Below the pieces are notes generated by a model, which ran no database searches, was not told where the DNA came from, and saw only the letters and a program-made list of their open reading frames with translations. This document shows, in pieces, positions 17,011-26,796 of a stretch of 29,040 nt of DNA. The translations under genes and the position numbers were made by a program. The DNA comes from Nitrospinota bacterium (GTDB lineage: Bacteria > UBA8248), in NCBI GenBank assembly GCA_030754595.1, contig JASLZZ010000040.1, positions 1 to 29,040 on the forward strand. The letters run 5' to 3'. Every line of letters begins with the position of its first letter. Position 1 is the stretch's first letter.

Positions 17011-18729
17011 CTAAAAGAGGAAATAACGCTGGGCCATCGGAAGGACCTCCGCTGGCTCGCAGGCGAGAATCTCCCCATTCGCCTTGACGACATAGGTCTC
17101 GGGGTCCACTTCGATTTCCGGCAGATAATCGTTCAGACGCATGTCTTTTTTCCCGATGGAGCGGCAATTCGAAACGGGGGCGACGATTTTCCGAAGACCG
17201 AGTTCTCCGCCCAATCCGGCCTCAGCGGCCGCCTTGGATACGAACGTATACGCAGTTGCCCCGATCGCTCCGCCCATTGCGCCGAACATCGGTCTGCCGA
17301 GAACCGGCTGAGGTGTCGGAATAGAGGCGTTGGCGTCTCCCATCGCGGCGTGAGCGATGAATCCGCCCTTCACGATGACCTCGGGCTTCACGCCGAAAAA
17401 GGCGGGACTCCAAAGCGCGAGGTCCGCCATCTTGCCCACTTCGACAGAGCCGACATATTCCGAGATGCCGTGCGCGATGGCCGGGTTGATCGTGTACTTC
17501 GCCACATAGCGCCTGGCGCGGAGATTGTCGTTTTCTCCCGTCTCTTCGGGCAACCGCCCGCGCTGGCGCCTCATTTTATCGGCAGTCTGCCAGGTGCGGA
17601 TAATCACCTCGCCCACGCGCCCCATCGCCTGAGAATCCGACCCCATGATGGAGAACGCTCCCAAGTCGTGAAGTATATCCTCGGCGGCGATGGTTTCCGC
17701 GCGGATACGGGATTCGGCGAAAGCCACGTCCTCGGGGACCTTGCTGTCGAGGTGGTGGCAGACCATCAACATATCCAGATGCTCGTCAATCGTGTTAACG
17801 GTGAAGGGCCGCGTCGGATTCGTCGACGAGGGAAGCACGCTCGCCTCACCGCAGACACGGATGATATCCGGTGCGTGGCCGCCTCCAGCGCCCTCGGTAT
17901 GGTAGGTGTGAATTGTTCTTCCCTTGAACGCGGCGATCGACGCCTCGACAAACCCCGACTCATTCAGTGTGTCGGTATGGATGCAGACCTGGACATCCAT
18001 GTCATCGGCGACGCCTAGGCAACAGTCGATGGCGGCGGGGGTCGTCCCCCAGTCTTCGTGGAGCTTGAGTCCTACCGCTCCGGCGTGAACTTGCTCTCTC
18101 AGCGGTTCGGGCCGCGATGAGTTTCCCTTGCCCAGATAGCCCAGGTTCATCGGATAGGCTTCCGAGGCCTGGAGCATGCGCGCGATGTTCCAGGACCCCG
18201 GCGTGCAGGTGGTGGCGTTGGTTCCCGTCGCCGGGCCCGTCCCGCCGCCGAACATCGTGGTGACGCCGGAGGAGATCGCCTCGTCAATCTGCTGGGGGCA
18301 TATGAAGTGGATATGTGTGTCGATGCCGCCCGCCGTGAGGATTTTCCCCTCGCCGGCGAGCACCTCGGTGGATGCGCCTACAACCATCGATTTGTCCACG
18401 CCGTCCATCAAGTGGGGGTTGCCGGATTTTCCGATGCCGACGATTTTTCCGTCCTTGATTCCGACATCCGCCTTAACGATTCCCCAGTGGTCGAGAATAA
18501 GCGCGTTCGTAATAAGCAAATCGAGGGCAGCACCTTTCCGAGTTTCAGTCGGAGACTGCCCGAGTCCGTCGCGAAGCACCTTGCCGCCGCCGAACTTCGA
18601 CTCATCTCCGTACACCGTCCGGTCCTCTTCGACCTCGATGAACAGATCGGTGTCGGCGAGGCGCACCTTGTCCCCTTTGGTGGGGCCGAACATGTCGGCG
18701 TAGGCGCGCCGATCCATGCGAAAGCTCAT
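17011..18729 (-). CDS. ureC: Urease alpha (catalytic) subunit
   Basis: [59 protein letters not shown] and QRYFLF. Confidence 0.99.
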   Translation of the reverse strand: MSFRMDRRAYADMFGPTKGDKVRLADTDLFIEVEEDRTVYGDESKFGGGKVLRDGLGQSPTETRKGAALDLLITNALILDHWGIVKADVGIKDGKIVGIGKSGNPHLMDGVDKSMVVGASTEVLAGEGKILTAGGIDTHIHFICPQQIDEAISSGVTTMFGGGTGPATGTNATTCTPGSWNIARMLQASEAYPMNLGYLGKGNSSRPEPLREQVHAGAVGLKLHEDWGTTPAAIDCCLGVADDMDVQVCIHTDTLNESGFVEASIAAFKGRTIHTYHTEGAGGGHAPDIIRVCGEASVLPSSTNPTRPFTVNTIDEHLDMLMVCHHLDSKVPEDVAFAESRIRAETIAAEDILHDLGAFSIMGSDSQAMGRVGEVIIRTWQTADKMRRQRGRLPEETGENDNLRARRYVAKYTINPAIAHGISEYVGSVEVGKMADLALWSPAFFGVKPEVIVKGGFIAHAAMGDANASIPTPQPVLGRPMFGAMGGAIGATAYTFVSKAAAEAGLGGELGLRKIVAPVSNCRSIGKKDMRLNDYLPEIEVDPETYVVKANGEILACEPAEVLPMAQRYFLF

Positions 18730-19100
18730 GAGCCCGCCCCCTTGTAATCTTCTCTTCTGGCGTTTTCGAGTGCCCGCTCCTTCACGCCGGCTCCGTCGAT
18801 TTCACCGTCCGTCAGCGCGTTCAAGCCCATGACACGGCGTGCTCCGCCGAACTCGACCAGCGTGACTTCTTTCTCATCTCCCGGCTCGAAGCGAACCGCC
18901 GTTCCGGCCGGAATGTCCAGACGCATGCCGAAAGCGGCGTCCCGGCCGAAATCCAGAAGCCGGTTCACCTCGAAGAAATGAAAATGCGAGCCCGCCTGTA
19001 TGGGGCGGTCGCCCCGATTCGCCACCAGAAGGGTTGAAGTCCGCCTCCCTTCGTTCAAGACAATCTCGCCCTCGCCGAGAACATATTCTCCGGGAATCAT
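18726..19100 (-). CDS. ureB: Urease beta subunit
   Basis: [22 protein letters not shown] and [15 protein letters not shown]. Confidence 0.98.
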   Translation of the reverse strand: MIPGEYVLGEGEIVLNEGRRTSTLLVANRGDRPIQAGSHFHFFEVNRLLDFGRDAAFGMRLDIPAGTAVRFEPGDEKEVTLVEFGGARRVMGLNALTDGEIDGAGVKERALENARREDYKGAGS

Positions 19101-19112
19101 GTCTCCTCCTTT

Positions 19113-19415
19113 CTAGCGGATGGGATCGTGAACGGTGACGAGCTTAGTCCCGTCGGGGAAGGTCCCCTCGACCTGAACCTCGTGGATCATCTCGGGAACG
19201 CCCTCCATCACATCGTCCCGTTTGAGGATAGTCGCGCCGAACCGCATGAGTTCAGCGACGGATTTTCCGTCCCGGGCGCCTTCGAGAACTTCCGCCGTGA
19301 TCAGGCTGACCGACTCGGGATAGTTGAGCTTGACGCCCCGGTCCTTTCTTTTTCTGGAAAGCTCGGCCGCGACGAAAATGAGGAGCTTTTCCTGCTCTCT
19401 TGGGGTTAGATGCAT
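19113..19415 (-). CDS. ureA: Urease gamma subunit
   Basis: [16 protein letters not shown] and [18 protein letters not shown]. Confidence 0.99.
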   Translation of the reverse strand: MHLTPREQEKLLIFVAAELSRKRKDRGVKLNYPESVSLITAEVLEGARDGKSVAELMRFGATILKRDDVMEGVPEMIHEVQVEGTFPDGTKLVTVHDPIR

Positions 19416-19465
19416 AATTCCTCCCCTGATTTCAAGAAGTGGTCAATAAAATTCATCGCCATGAA

Positions 19466-20161
19466 TCATGCCGTCAGGCGCTCAAGGACAGTGTCGTCAC
19501 ACTCGCCCACCGCCTCTCCTTCCGCCGTGAATTCGCCCTTTTCCATTACGTAATAGCGATCCGACAGCCGCCAGGCGAATTCAAGATACTGCTCGACAAG
19601 TAGAATTCCGACGTCCCCCCGTTCCTTGAGCTTCCAAAGGACATTTTCGATGTCGATGATGATCGAGGGTTGAATCCCTTCAGTGGGCTCGTCGAGCAAA
19701 AGGAGTTTCGGTTTTCCGACCAGCGCCCGGGCAAAGGCAAGCTGTTGTTGCTGGCCGCCGCTCAAGACCCCGCCTTTTCGTTTGAGCATGTCTTTCAAGA
19801 TGGGAAAGAGTTCGAACACGTCTTCTTCATAATTCTTCGGGTGTTCAGGATGAGCCTCCAGCCCCAGGAGAAGATTTTCGTGAACCGATAGCTGTGGAAA
19901 TATTTCACGCCCCTGTGGGACATAGGCGATTCCAAGCCTTGCGCGGGCCTCGGGGCGAAGGCGGGTGATGTCTGTTCCTTCGAAATGGATGCTCCCCTCG
20001 CGCGGTATAAGCAGGCCCACGACTGACTTGAGAAACGTGGTTTTTCCCATCCCGTTCCGGCCGATAATGCCGGCGATCTCGCCGGCCTCCACCTTGAAAC
20101 TCAGTCCGCGCAGGATATGGCTCTCGCCATAAAACGTGTTGAGGTTTTTTACCTGAATCAC
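19466..20161 (-). CDS. urtE: Urea ABC transporter ATP-binding subunit
   Basis: GRNGMGKTT, YVPQGREIF, LSGGQQQQL and DEPTEGIQPSII. Start moved to GTG 20161. Confidence 0.93.
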   Translation of the reverse strand: MIQVKNLNTFYGESHILRGLSFKVEAGEIAGIIGRNGMGKTTFLKSVVGLLIPREGSIHFEGTDITRLRPEARARLGIAYVPQGREIFPQLSVHENLLLGLEAHPEHPKNYEEDVFELFPILKDMLKRKGGVLSGGQQQQLAFARALVGKPKLLLLDEPTEGIQPSIIIDIENVLWKLKERGDVGILLVEQYLEFAWRLSDRYYVMEKGEFTAEGEAVGECDDTVLERLTA

Positions 20162-20186
20162 TTCTCTCGCCCTCGTCCCATTTCTA

Positions 20187-20930
20187 TTAACCGCGTCCCA
20201 GATAAAGCTCGATGACCTGTGCATCCGCGTGGACGTAATCGATTGACCCCTCGCAAATCACGGCTCCTTCATGGAGAACGGTCACCCGTTTCGCTATTTC
20301 GCGCACAAAATTCATGTCGTGCTCGATCACAAGAACGGAGCGCTCTTCGGCAATATGTTTGAGCAAATCGGCCGTGTTTTCCGTCTCGCTTTCGGTCATT
20401 CCGGCGACCGGTTCATCCACCAGGAGAAGATCAGGATCCTGCACAACCACCATTCCGATTTCAAGCCACTGTTTTTCACCGTGCGCGAGAAGACCCGCCC
20501 GCCAGGATTGCTTTCCCGCAAGACCGATAATCTCGATCGTCTCGTTCACCTTCGCGCCAAGAGAGCCGGACATGCCTCCGAAAAGCATTGACTTAACTGT
20601 CTTGTCCTGTTTTGCCGATAGTTCAAGATTGTCCCGTACCGTCAAGTTTTCATAAATCGTGGGCGTCTGGAATTTTCGGCCGATACCGGCGTTGGCGATT
20701 TCTTCTTGTTCCATTCGATCCAGATGAGTGGTTTCCTTGAAAATCACACTTCCCGAATCGGGTCTGATCTTACCGGTCACCACATCGAGCAGAGTCGTCT
20801 TGCCAGCCCCGTTTGGCCCGATCACACAGCGCAACTCGCCATAATCAACCGAAAAATTAAGTTTATTCAACGCTTTGAATCCGTCAAAGGTGACGAAAAT
20901 ATCTTCCATGAAAAGGATAGTATTGGCCAT
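20187..20930 (-). CDS. urtD: Urea ABC transporter ATP-binding subunit
   Basis: FDGFKAL, GPNGAGKTT, GRKFQTP, HGEKQWLEIGM and DEPVAGMT. Confidence 0.95.
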   Translation of the reverse strand: MANTILFMEDIFVTFDGFKALNKLNFSVDYGELRCVIGPNGAGKTTLLDVVTGKIRPDSGSVIFKETTHLDRMEQEEIANAGIGRKFQTPTIYENLTVRDNLELSAKQDKTVKSMLFGGMSGSLGAKVNETIEIIGLAGKQSWRAGLLAHGEKQWLEIGMVVVQDPDLLLVDEPVAGMTESETENTADLLKHIAEERSVLVIEHDMNFVREIAKRVTVLHEGAVICEGSIDYVHADAQVIELYLGRG

Positions 20931-20942
20931 TTGAGTCCGCTC

Positions 20943-22106
20943 CTAGTCACTCACCGCCGAGGGATCGCCTGAAGGCGTCAGTGCGGAGAGTTTTCGCTTG
21001 CCCGTCAACTTTTTCGTTAATTCCGTCAATCGGCGGACCAGCCCGACAATACCGTCCGGCATATAGTGAACCACCAGGATGAATATACCGCCCTGGAAAT
21101 AAAGCCAGTAGTTCGGAAAGCTCGAGGTCAGGAAACTCCTCACCCAATTCACGCTGATCGCGCCCACGATCGCCCCGATTAAAGTGCCCCGCCCGCCAAC
21201 GGCCACCCAGATGACCATCTCAATCGAGGGGAGAACACCGATCCGGCCAGGTGTGATAATCCCCACCTGAGGGGCGTAGAGCGCCCCGGCGACTCCGGCG
21301 AGTGCGGCCGATACCGTGAACACAAACAGTTTGTAGTTCGAGGGCGTATATCCCGAATAAAGCACACGGTTCTCGGCGTCGCGTATGGCGAGGAGTATCC
21401 TTCCCGCTCGCGAGTTCACAATCCAGCGGCACAATAAATAGGCGCCGCAGAGAACAATCGCCGTGGCGATATAGAGCCCCCGCTGCGTACCGGAGCTGCT
21501 AAGCTCGAATCCCAAGATTTTTTTGAAACCCGTCAGCCCGTTGGTTCCGCCCAGATTCATCTCGTTACGGTTGAAAACGAGCCATGCCGAAAGAGCGAGC
21601 GCCTGGGTAATAATGGCGAAATACACGCCGCGGATTCTGGTCCGAAACGTCAGATAGCCGAATCCCGCCGCGAAAAGTGAGGGAACAATCACAACGGCGA
21701 GAAGGGTAAAAGGGAATGAATAAAAAGGCTTCCAGAAAAGCGGAAGTTCTTTCACCCGGTTCCAAACCATGAAATCAGGCAGGGTGCTCTTGTAAACGCC
21801 TTCGGCGCCGATGGCCAGGGCGAGGTACATCCCCATGCAGTATGCGCCCAACCCGAAGAAAACCCCATGGCCCAAGCTTAGTATGCCCGTGTATCCCCAA
21901 ACGAGATCAAGTCCGAGAGCGAGGATGGCATAGGCGAGAAATTTCCCGAAAAGATTCAGCGTAAAACCCGAAATGTGAAGCGCCGAGTCGGGCGAAGTAA
22001 AGGCGTTCAGGGAGGGCATGATCACCACGAAGAACAGTGCCGTCGTGACGAGAAACGCGCCGCCGAATTTTTCCTCCAGCCTTTTGCTTAACAACTCTCT
22101 TTCCAT
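20943..22106 (-). CDS. urtC: Urea ABC transporter permease
   Basis: DLVWGYTGILSLGHGVFFGLG, LPDFMVW, GVYFAIITQA, GGTNGLT and SIEMVIWVAVGGRGTL. Confidence 0.95.
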   Translation of the reverse strand: MERELLSKRLEEKFGGAFLVTTALFFVVIMPSLNAFTSPDSALHISGFTLNLFGKFLAYAILALGLDLVWGYTGILSLGHGVFFGLGAYCMGMYLALAIGAEGVYKSTLPDFMVWNRVKELPLFWKPFYSFPFTLLAVVIVPSLFAAGFGYLTFRTRIRGVYFAIITQALALSAWLVFNRNEMNLGGTNGLTGFKKILGFELSSSGTQRGLYIATAIVLCGAYLLCRWIVNSRAGRILLAIRDAENRVLYSGYTPSNYKLFVFTVSAALAGVAGALYAPQVGIITPGRIGVLPSIEMVIWVAVGGRGTLIGAIVGAISVNWVRSFLTSSFPNYWLYFQGGIFILVVHYMPDGIVGLVRRLTELTKKLTGKRKLSALTPSGDPSAVSD

Positions 22107-22108
22107 GC

Positions 22109-23866
22109 CTAAGCCCCCCGCGTCCTGGTGGCGAATAATCCCTCCGGCCGCCGCTGGAGGAAGAGAATCACCAGCATCAGGATTACGACCTTGCCAAACA
22201 CGGCGCCCATCGCGGGCTCCAGCACCTTGTTCATCCCGCCGAGGCCGAGGCCGGCGACGATGCTACCCATCAGTTTGCCCACTCCGCCGGTGACGACGAC
22301 CATAAAGGAATCGACAATGTAGTTTTGCCCGAGGTCGGGCCCCACATTTCCCACCTGGCTTAGCGCCGCCCCCGCGAGGCCGGCCAGACCCGCCCCGAAG
22401 GCGAAGGTCCAAGCGTCAACCCGCCGGGAGGAAACGCCCAGGCAGGTGCTCATTTCCCGATTTTGGGTAACCGCGCGAATTCGCATGCCCGCCCAGGTAC
22501 GGAACAGGAACAGATACGTCCCCGCCACGCAGATAACGGCCAGCCCGATGATGAAGAGCCGGTTGTAGGGGAACTGAACACCGATCATCAGATGATAGCC
22601 ACCGCTCAGCCAGGAGGGCGCTTTCACGTCGACGTTCTGCGCCCCGAACATCTGCCGGACCGCTTGTTGAAGGACCAGACTGATGCCCCAGGTTGTCAGG
22701 AGCGTCTCCAGCGGTCTCCCGTAAAGATGCCGGATGATGGAAATTTCCATGAGATAGCCAACAAACGCCGCTGCCGCGAAAGCGGCAGGGAGGGCCAGAA
22801 TAAAGTAGAGTCCGAACAAATTTTCAGGCAGATAGGAAATGAATAAAGCTTGAACAACAAACGTCGCGTAGGCGCCGATCATCATCAGCTCGCCGTGGGC
22901 CATGTTGATAACGCCCATCAGACCGAAAACTATAGCCAAACCCAGCGCCATCAAAAGAAGGATGGAGCCGAGGCTCGCACCCCGGAAAATCGTATCGATG
23001 AACGATGTCCAGCTCAGGTAGTATTCAATCTCATCAACGGCGGCTTTCGCCTCCGCCCGGACGTAGGGGTCCGCGTCTCCTTTATTTCCCGCAACCAGGC
23101 CCGCTGCGATTTTCAGATCGCCGATAGCATTAAGGCCGTTTATCTCTCCTAATTTTTTCACCGCTGCATGGCGAGCTTTCGCATCAACTCCCTTCATTTC
23201 GATGAGTGCGATGGCTTCTTCAAAAGCAATTCGGGTGAGCCAGTGGGATTCCGCGTCTAGGGATTTTCGCAAAATCGGGATGAGATTCGGATCTCCGAGA
23301 CGAGCCATGCGCGTCGCGGCGGCCCGCCTGACATTCGAATCCGGGGAAAGAAATTGGGCGGCACTTCTCAGCCGGTTGACGTAAGGGCGAATCGCCCGCC
23401 GTATACGCCGGCCCGCTCGAATTTCCTGAAGTTGATTTGCGGGAGCGAGAAGAGGTTTGCCCCGGGAGTCCAGAATCGATGTATTCGAGTAAGCTTCGAA
23501 GAGGGGAAAAAACTCCTTGTCCCCTCTTTTTACCCCGTCGCCGCCGATGACGACCTTAGCTTCCCCTTCGACCGGCTTCCAGGCGTAGAGGCTGCCCTCG
23601 CGAAGCGCTAAGAGGAGGGACAACAACATCGGATCACTACGCTTCGCGAGGGAAACCGCAGCCTCTTTTCTTTTTTTGCGGTTTTTCGTGATGAGTCTGG
23701 CAATCTCCGCCTGAATACCCGGCGATGCCTGTGCGGCCCGGGCATCGCTCGCCCCCTGGATGCCCAGAAAAAAAAAGACCAGGAGCAAAACGGACAACGA
23801 TTTCATCGTCCGCGCCAGACCGCCCTTGAGCGTCAGGCGTACTGCCATATATCCGGCCTGTTTCAC
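22109..23866 (-). CDS. urtB: Urea ABC transporter permease with an N-terminal HEAT-like extracytoplasmic domain
   Basis: GLAIVFGLMGVINMAHGE, LYGRPLETLLTTWG and YIVDSFMVVV. Start is uncertain: GTG 23866 after GGAGG, or ATG 23848 or 23806. Confidence 0.92.
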   Translation of the reverse strand: MKQAGYMAVRLTLKGGLARTMKSLSVLLLVFFFLGIQGASDARAAQASPGIQAEIARLITKNRKKRKEAAVSLAKRSDPMLLSLLLALREGSLYAWKPVEGEAKVVIGGDGVKRGDKEFFPLFEAYSNTSILDSRGKPLLAPANQLQEIRAGRRIRRAIRPYVNRLRSAAQFLSPDSNVRRAAATRMARLGDPNLIPILRKSLDAESHWLTRIAFEEAIALIEMKGVDAKARHAAVKKLGEINGLNAIGDLKIAAGLVAGNKGDADPYVRAEAKAAVDEIEYYLSWTSFIDTIFRGASLGSILLLMALGLAIVFGLMGVINMAHGELMMIGAYATFVVQALFISYLPENLFGLYFILALPAAFAAAAFVGYLMEISIIRHLYGRPLETLLTTWGISLVLQQAVRQMFGAQNVDVKAPSWLSGGYHLMIGVQFPYNRLFIIGLAVICVAGTYLFLFRTWAGMRIRAVTQNREMSTCLGVSSRRVDAWTFAFGAGLAGLAGAALSQVGNVGPDLGQNYIVDSFMVVVTGGVGKLMGSIVAGLGLGGMNKVLEPAMGAVFGKVVILMLVILFLQRRPEGLFATRTRGA

Positions 23867-24016
23867 TGGCCCCTCCTCCAAGGGTTGTGCGGTACCGAAA
23901 ACTCCCGGTGACCCTTTCCTTTCAATCGCAACTGCAGCCGGCAGTGGCAAAATATTCAATTTTTCCGGCGGGGAAAGACGCACATGGCTTTTCCCCGCCG
24001 AATCGAGTGTAATTTT

Positions 24017-25363
24017 CTAAATTTTCCTGTAGGTCCCCTTATGGTTTACCCAATCGCAGCTTTTGTCGGGGCTGGTGTATTTACTCCACGGCTCAGGCCT
24101 GACGAGTCCCTTGGTTGAATTGACTATCCGGAACTGCCCGGTCTTGAGAATTTCGCCGATGAGCACCGGCTTGTGGAGATGGTGGTTTCTCTCGTCGATT
24201 TTCTTGAATCCGCCCGGAGCCTCAAAGCCGGTTCCGTAAACTGCCTTGCGGACGGTGTCCACATCCGTGGAGCCTGCTTTTTCCACCGCTTTTTTCCAGA
24301 TGTGAACGCCAAGATAGGCCGCCTCGATGGGATCGTCCGTCACACGGTTCGCCCCGCCGGGAAGCCCTTTCTTTTTGCAGTATGTCCTGAAGTCTTTGAC
24401 GAATTTTTTGTTCTGCGGTGTATCGATGGACTGATAATAGTTCCAGGCGGCGAGGTGGCCAACCAAGGCTTTTGCATCCATGCCGCGAAGCTCATCCTCG
24501 GCCACACTGAACGCCATGATAGGCACATCCTCGGAGCGAAGTCCCTGGTTGGCGAACTCCTTATAGAAAGGAACGTTGCTGTCGCCGTTGATGGTGCTCA
24601 GGATGGCGGCGTCCCCGCTCGACGCGAAAGCCTTCACTTTCCCGACGATGGTCTGGTAATCCTGGTGATGAAACGGTGTGTACTCTTCCATGATATTTTT
24701 GGCGGGAACACCCTTCGCCAACAGGAACGCCCGCAGAATCTTGTTCGCCGTCCTCGGGAAAACATAATCCGTCCCGAGAAGGTAGAATTTCTTGAAGCCG
24801 CCGCCGTCCTCGCTCATGAGGTATTCAGCCGCCGGTATGAGTTGCTGGTTCGGCGTCGCGCCCGTGTAGAAAACATTTTTGGAGCACTCCTCGCCCTCGT
24901 ACTGCACAGGATAGAAGAGCAGACCGTTGTTTTTCTCGAATACCGGAAGTACCGATTTGCGGCTCACCGAGGTCCAGCATCCGAAAGTGACCGAAACCTT
25001 ATCTTTCAGCAGTAGCTGCTTCGCTTTTTCCGCAAAAAGGTCCCAGTCGGAGGCCGGATCGACCACCACGGGCTGAATGGGCCGCCCCTTGATGCCGCCC
25101 ATCGAATTAATCTCTTCAAACGCCATCAGCACGACATCGCGGAGCGAAACTTCACTGATTGCCATTGTGCCGCTAAGCGAATGCAGGATACCCGCCTTAA
25201 TCGGCTCCGCCGCTCTGATTACATTCGGAAACGGCAGCGTGCTCGCCGCCACCGCACCCAGACTGAAGGCCCCGGCCTTCCACATGAAATCCCGGCGGGA
25301 TAGCGCTTTGCTCTTTTCCGCCTTCAACTTTTTCCCGGTTTTTAACATTTTTTTCTTGTCCAT
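24017..25363 (-). CDS. urtA: Urea ABC transporter substrate-binding protein with a Tat signal
   Basis: SRRDF twin-arginine leader, HSLSGTMAISE, FGCWTSVSRKSVLP, YPVQYEG, DYVFPRTAN and INGDSN. Confidence 0.96.
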   Translation of the reverse strand: MDKKKMLKTGKKLKAEKSKALSRRDFMWKAGAFSLGAVAASTLPFPNVIRAAEPIKAGILHSLSGTMAISEVSLRDVVLMAFEEINSMGGIKGRPIQPVVVDPASDWDLFAEKAKQLLLKDKVSVTFGCWTSVSRKSVLPVFEKNNGLLFYPVQYEGEECSKNVFYTGATPNQQLIPAAEYLMSEDGGGFKKFYLLGTDYVFPRTANKILRAFLLAKGVPAKNIMEEYTPFHHQDYQTIVGKVKAFASSGDAAILSTINGDSNVPFYKEFANQGLRSEDVPIMAFSVAEDELRGMDAKALVGHLAAWNYYQSIDTPQNKKFVKDFRTYCKKKGLPGGANRVTDDPIEAAYLGVHIWKKAVEKAGSTDVDTVRKAVYGTGFEAPGGFKKIDERNHHLHKPVLIGEILKTGQFRIVNSTKGLVRPEPWSKYTSPDKSCDWVNHKGTYRKI

Positions 25364-25649
25364 GGCCTCCTACCCTCCTGACTCAAAAATGAAAAAAGAA
25401 CGCCGGTCAGCCCGGCAATACGGAATTCGTTGGCGATTAACTGATGACAGAACTTACGCGAAGGAAATTACGGAAGTGTTACTTCAAGATTAAATTCTTG
25501 TTGCTGATATGTTTCGGGGATATTTCGGGGCAATATGGTTGTACTCTGCAACAATAGGATCCCACAAGAAATCAAAGCTTTCGGACTCTGGTAAATTGCA
25601 AATGAAGACAAAATTTAAAGACTCGATTGTCTGTTTGAGCAGGACGGGA

Positions 25650-26639
25650 TTATGTTTCAAGAAAATCCTGTACTTGGGCGAGAAATTCTTCCCGCCGGTG
25701 TTCGAATTCCATGAAATGCGTTCCTTCTCCCATGACCACGTAGCGTTTCCCGGGGCTGGAAGTGAGCTTCTGAAACAGGTCCCACGCCTCGACGGGATTC
25801 GCGGCGCCGTCTTGATCTCCAAAGATAAGCAATACGGGACAGCGAATCTTGGAGGCGTCGTAGAGTGGCTTATTGCGGACTCGGTCATAAAGGTCGGCCA
25901 GCGATCCGTTGGGCGTTTGAACGGCCGGTGATTTCCTCTTCGCCCCTTCGGGATCGGTGGCGAGAAATTCTTTCCAGTAGGCGTGAACCAGCTTCGTGTC
26001 CCGCCAACGGCGGTGAGCGCTGCCGCTGATGTGGCCCCACCATCTCGTATAAAGGTCCTTCTCCGTCGTCCATATCCATGAACCGTTTTTCGGGTTCCAT
26101 CTTCCGGGCTTGTCGGGATTCTCGAACCGGGCGGCGCGCTCGGGATTGTCGTAGGCGTAATAGGGTGCATAAAGGACGAGCCGGCTGACGCGGGCCGGGT
26201 TGGCCGCGGCGAAGGCCGCCGTCGTGGTCGTACTCCAGGAGCGCCCCAGCAGTTTGATCCGGCCGATTCCATTTCGCTCACAGATGAAGCGTACGACGGC
26301 TTCTATATCGCGCATGGCAGTCTTACCGCGCACGAGCGGTCGTTTTCCGATGGGGTCCTTGTCCATTCCGGCAGGGCGGGAGGAGCGACCGAATCCCCGG
26401 GCTGACATTGTGAACACGTTAAATCCCCGGGAAGCGATGTAATCCATCCAGGAGTAGCCTGGCACGGACAAATCGAACGCGACCGGCCCCGGCGCCAGCC
26501 TGCCATGGCAAAGTAAAACAGTGTTTTCCTCGGTGAAGACTCGTTTTCCCTTAGGCCGTTTTTCGCGCACCTCGATCCGCACACCCGGGTCGAGGGAATC
26601 GATCAGATAGTCTTTCCCGATGGTCTCGATTTTTTTCAT
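25650..26639 (-). CDS. Alpha/beta-fold hydrolase of unknown substrate
   Basis: LLCHG, RGFGRS, nucleophile elbow GRSWS, PVLLIFGDQD and GTHF. Confidence 0.85.
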   Translation of the reverse strand: MKKIETIGKDYLIDSLDPGVRIEVREKRPKGKRVFTEENTVLLCHGRLAPGPVAFDLSVPGYSWMDYIASRGFNVFTMSARGFGRSSRPAGMDKDPIGKRPLVRGKTAMRDIEAVVRFICERNGIGRIKLLGRSWSTTTTAAFAAANPARVSRLVLYAPYYAYDNPERAARFENPDKPGRWNPKNGSWIWTTEKDLYTRWWGHISGSAHRRWRDTKLVHAYWKEFLATDPEGAKRKSPAVQTPNGSLADLYDRVRNKPLYDASKIRCPVLLIFGDQDGAANPVEAWDLFQKLTSSPGKRYVVMGEGTHFMEFEHRREEFLAQVQDFLET

Positions 26640-26796
26640 TCTGGCTCCGTTTCTCCGTGCACGGGTCTGCTGGCCGACCTTCTCCGTTTAGCCGACAAGG
26701 GATATGGCCTCGGCTTTGCGGTGAGATTCCTAGACGGATGTATAGATTTAAGTTTCGCTGGACCAGGACACCGGAGGCACATTTTTAGATTTCCCT

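Noticed and set aside
17003..17167. N-terminal extension of ureE given in the ORF track
   Set aside because: It overlaps ureC. ATG 17002 gives a normal-length UreE.
2466..25015. Long antisense or alternative-frame ORFs (for example 2466-3257, 11601-12386, 17350-18018, 24173-25015)
   Set aside because: These are shadow ORFs of well-supported genes in GC-rich DNA and show no recognisable motifs.
25529..25545. NtrC-like site upstream of urtA
   Set aside because: Poor match to TGCACC-N5-GGTGCA and no accompanying sigma54 promoter.
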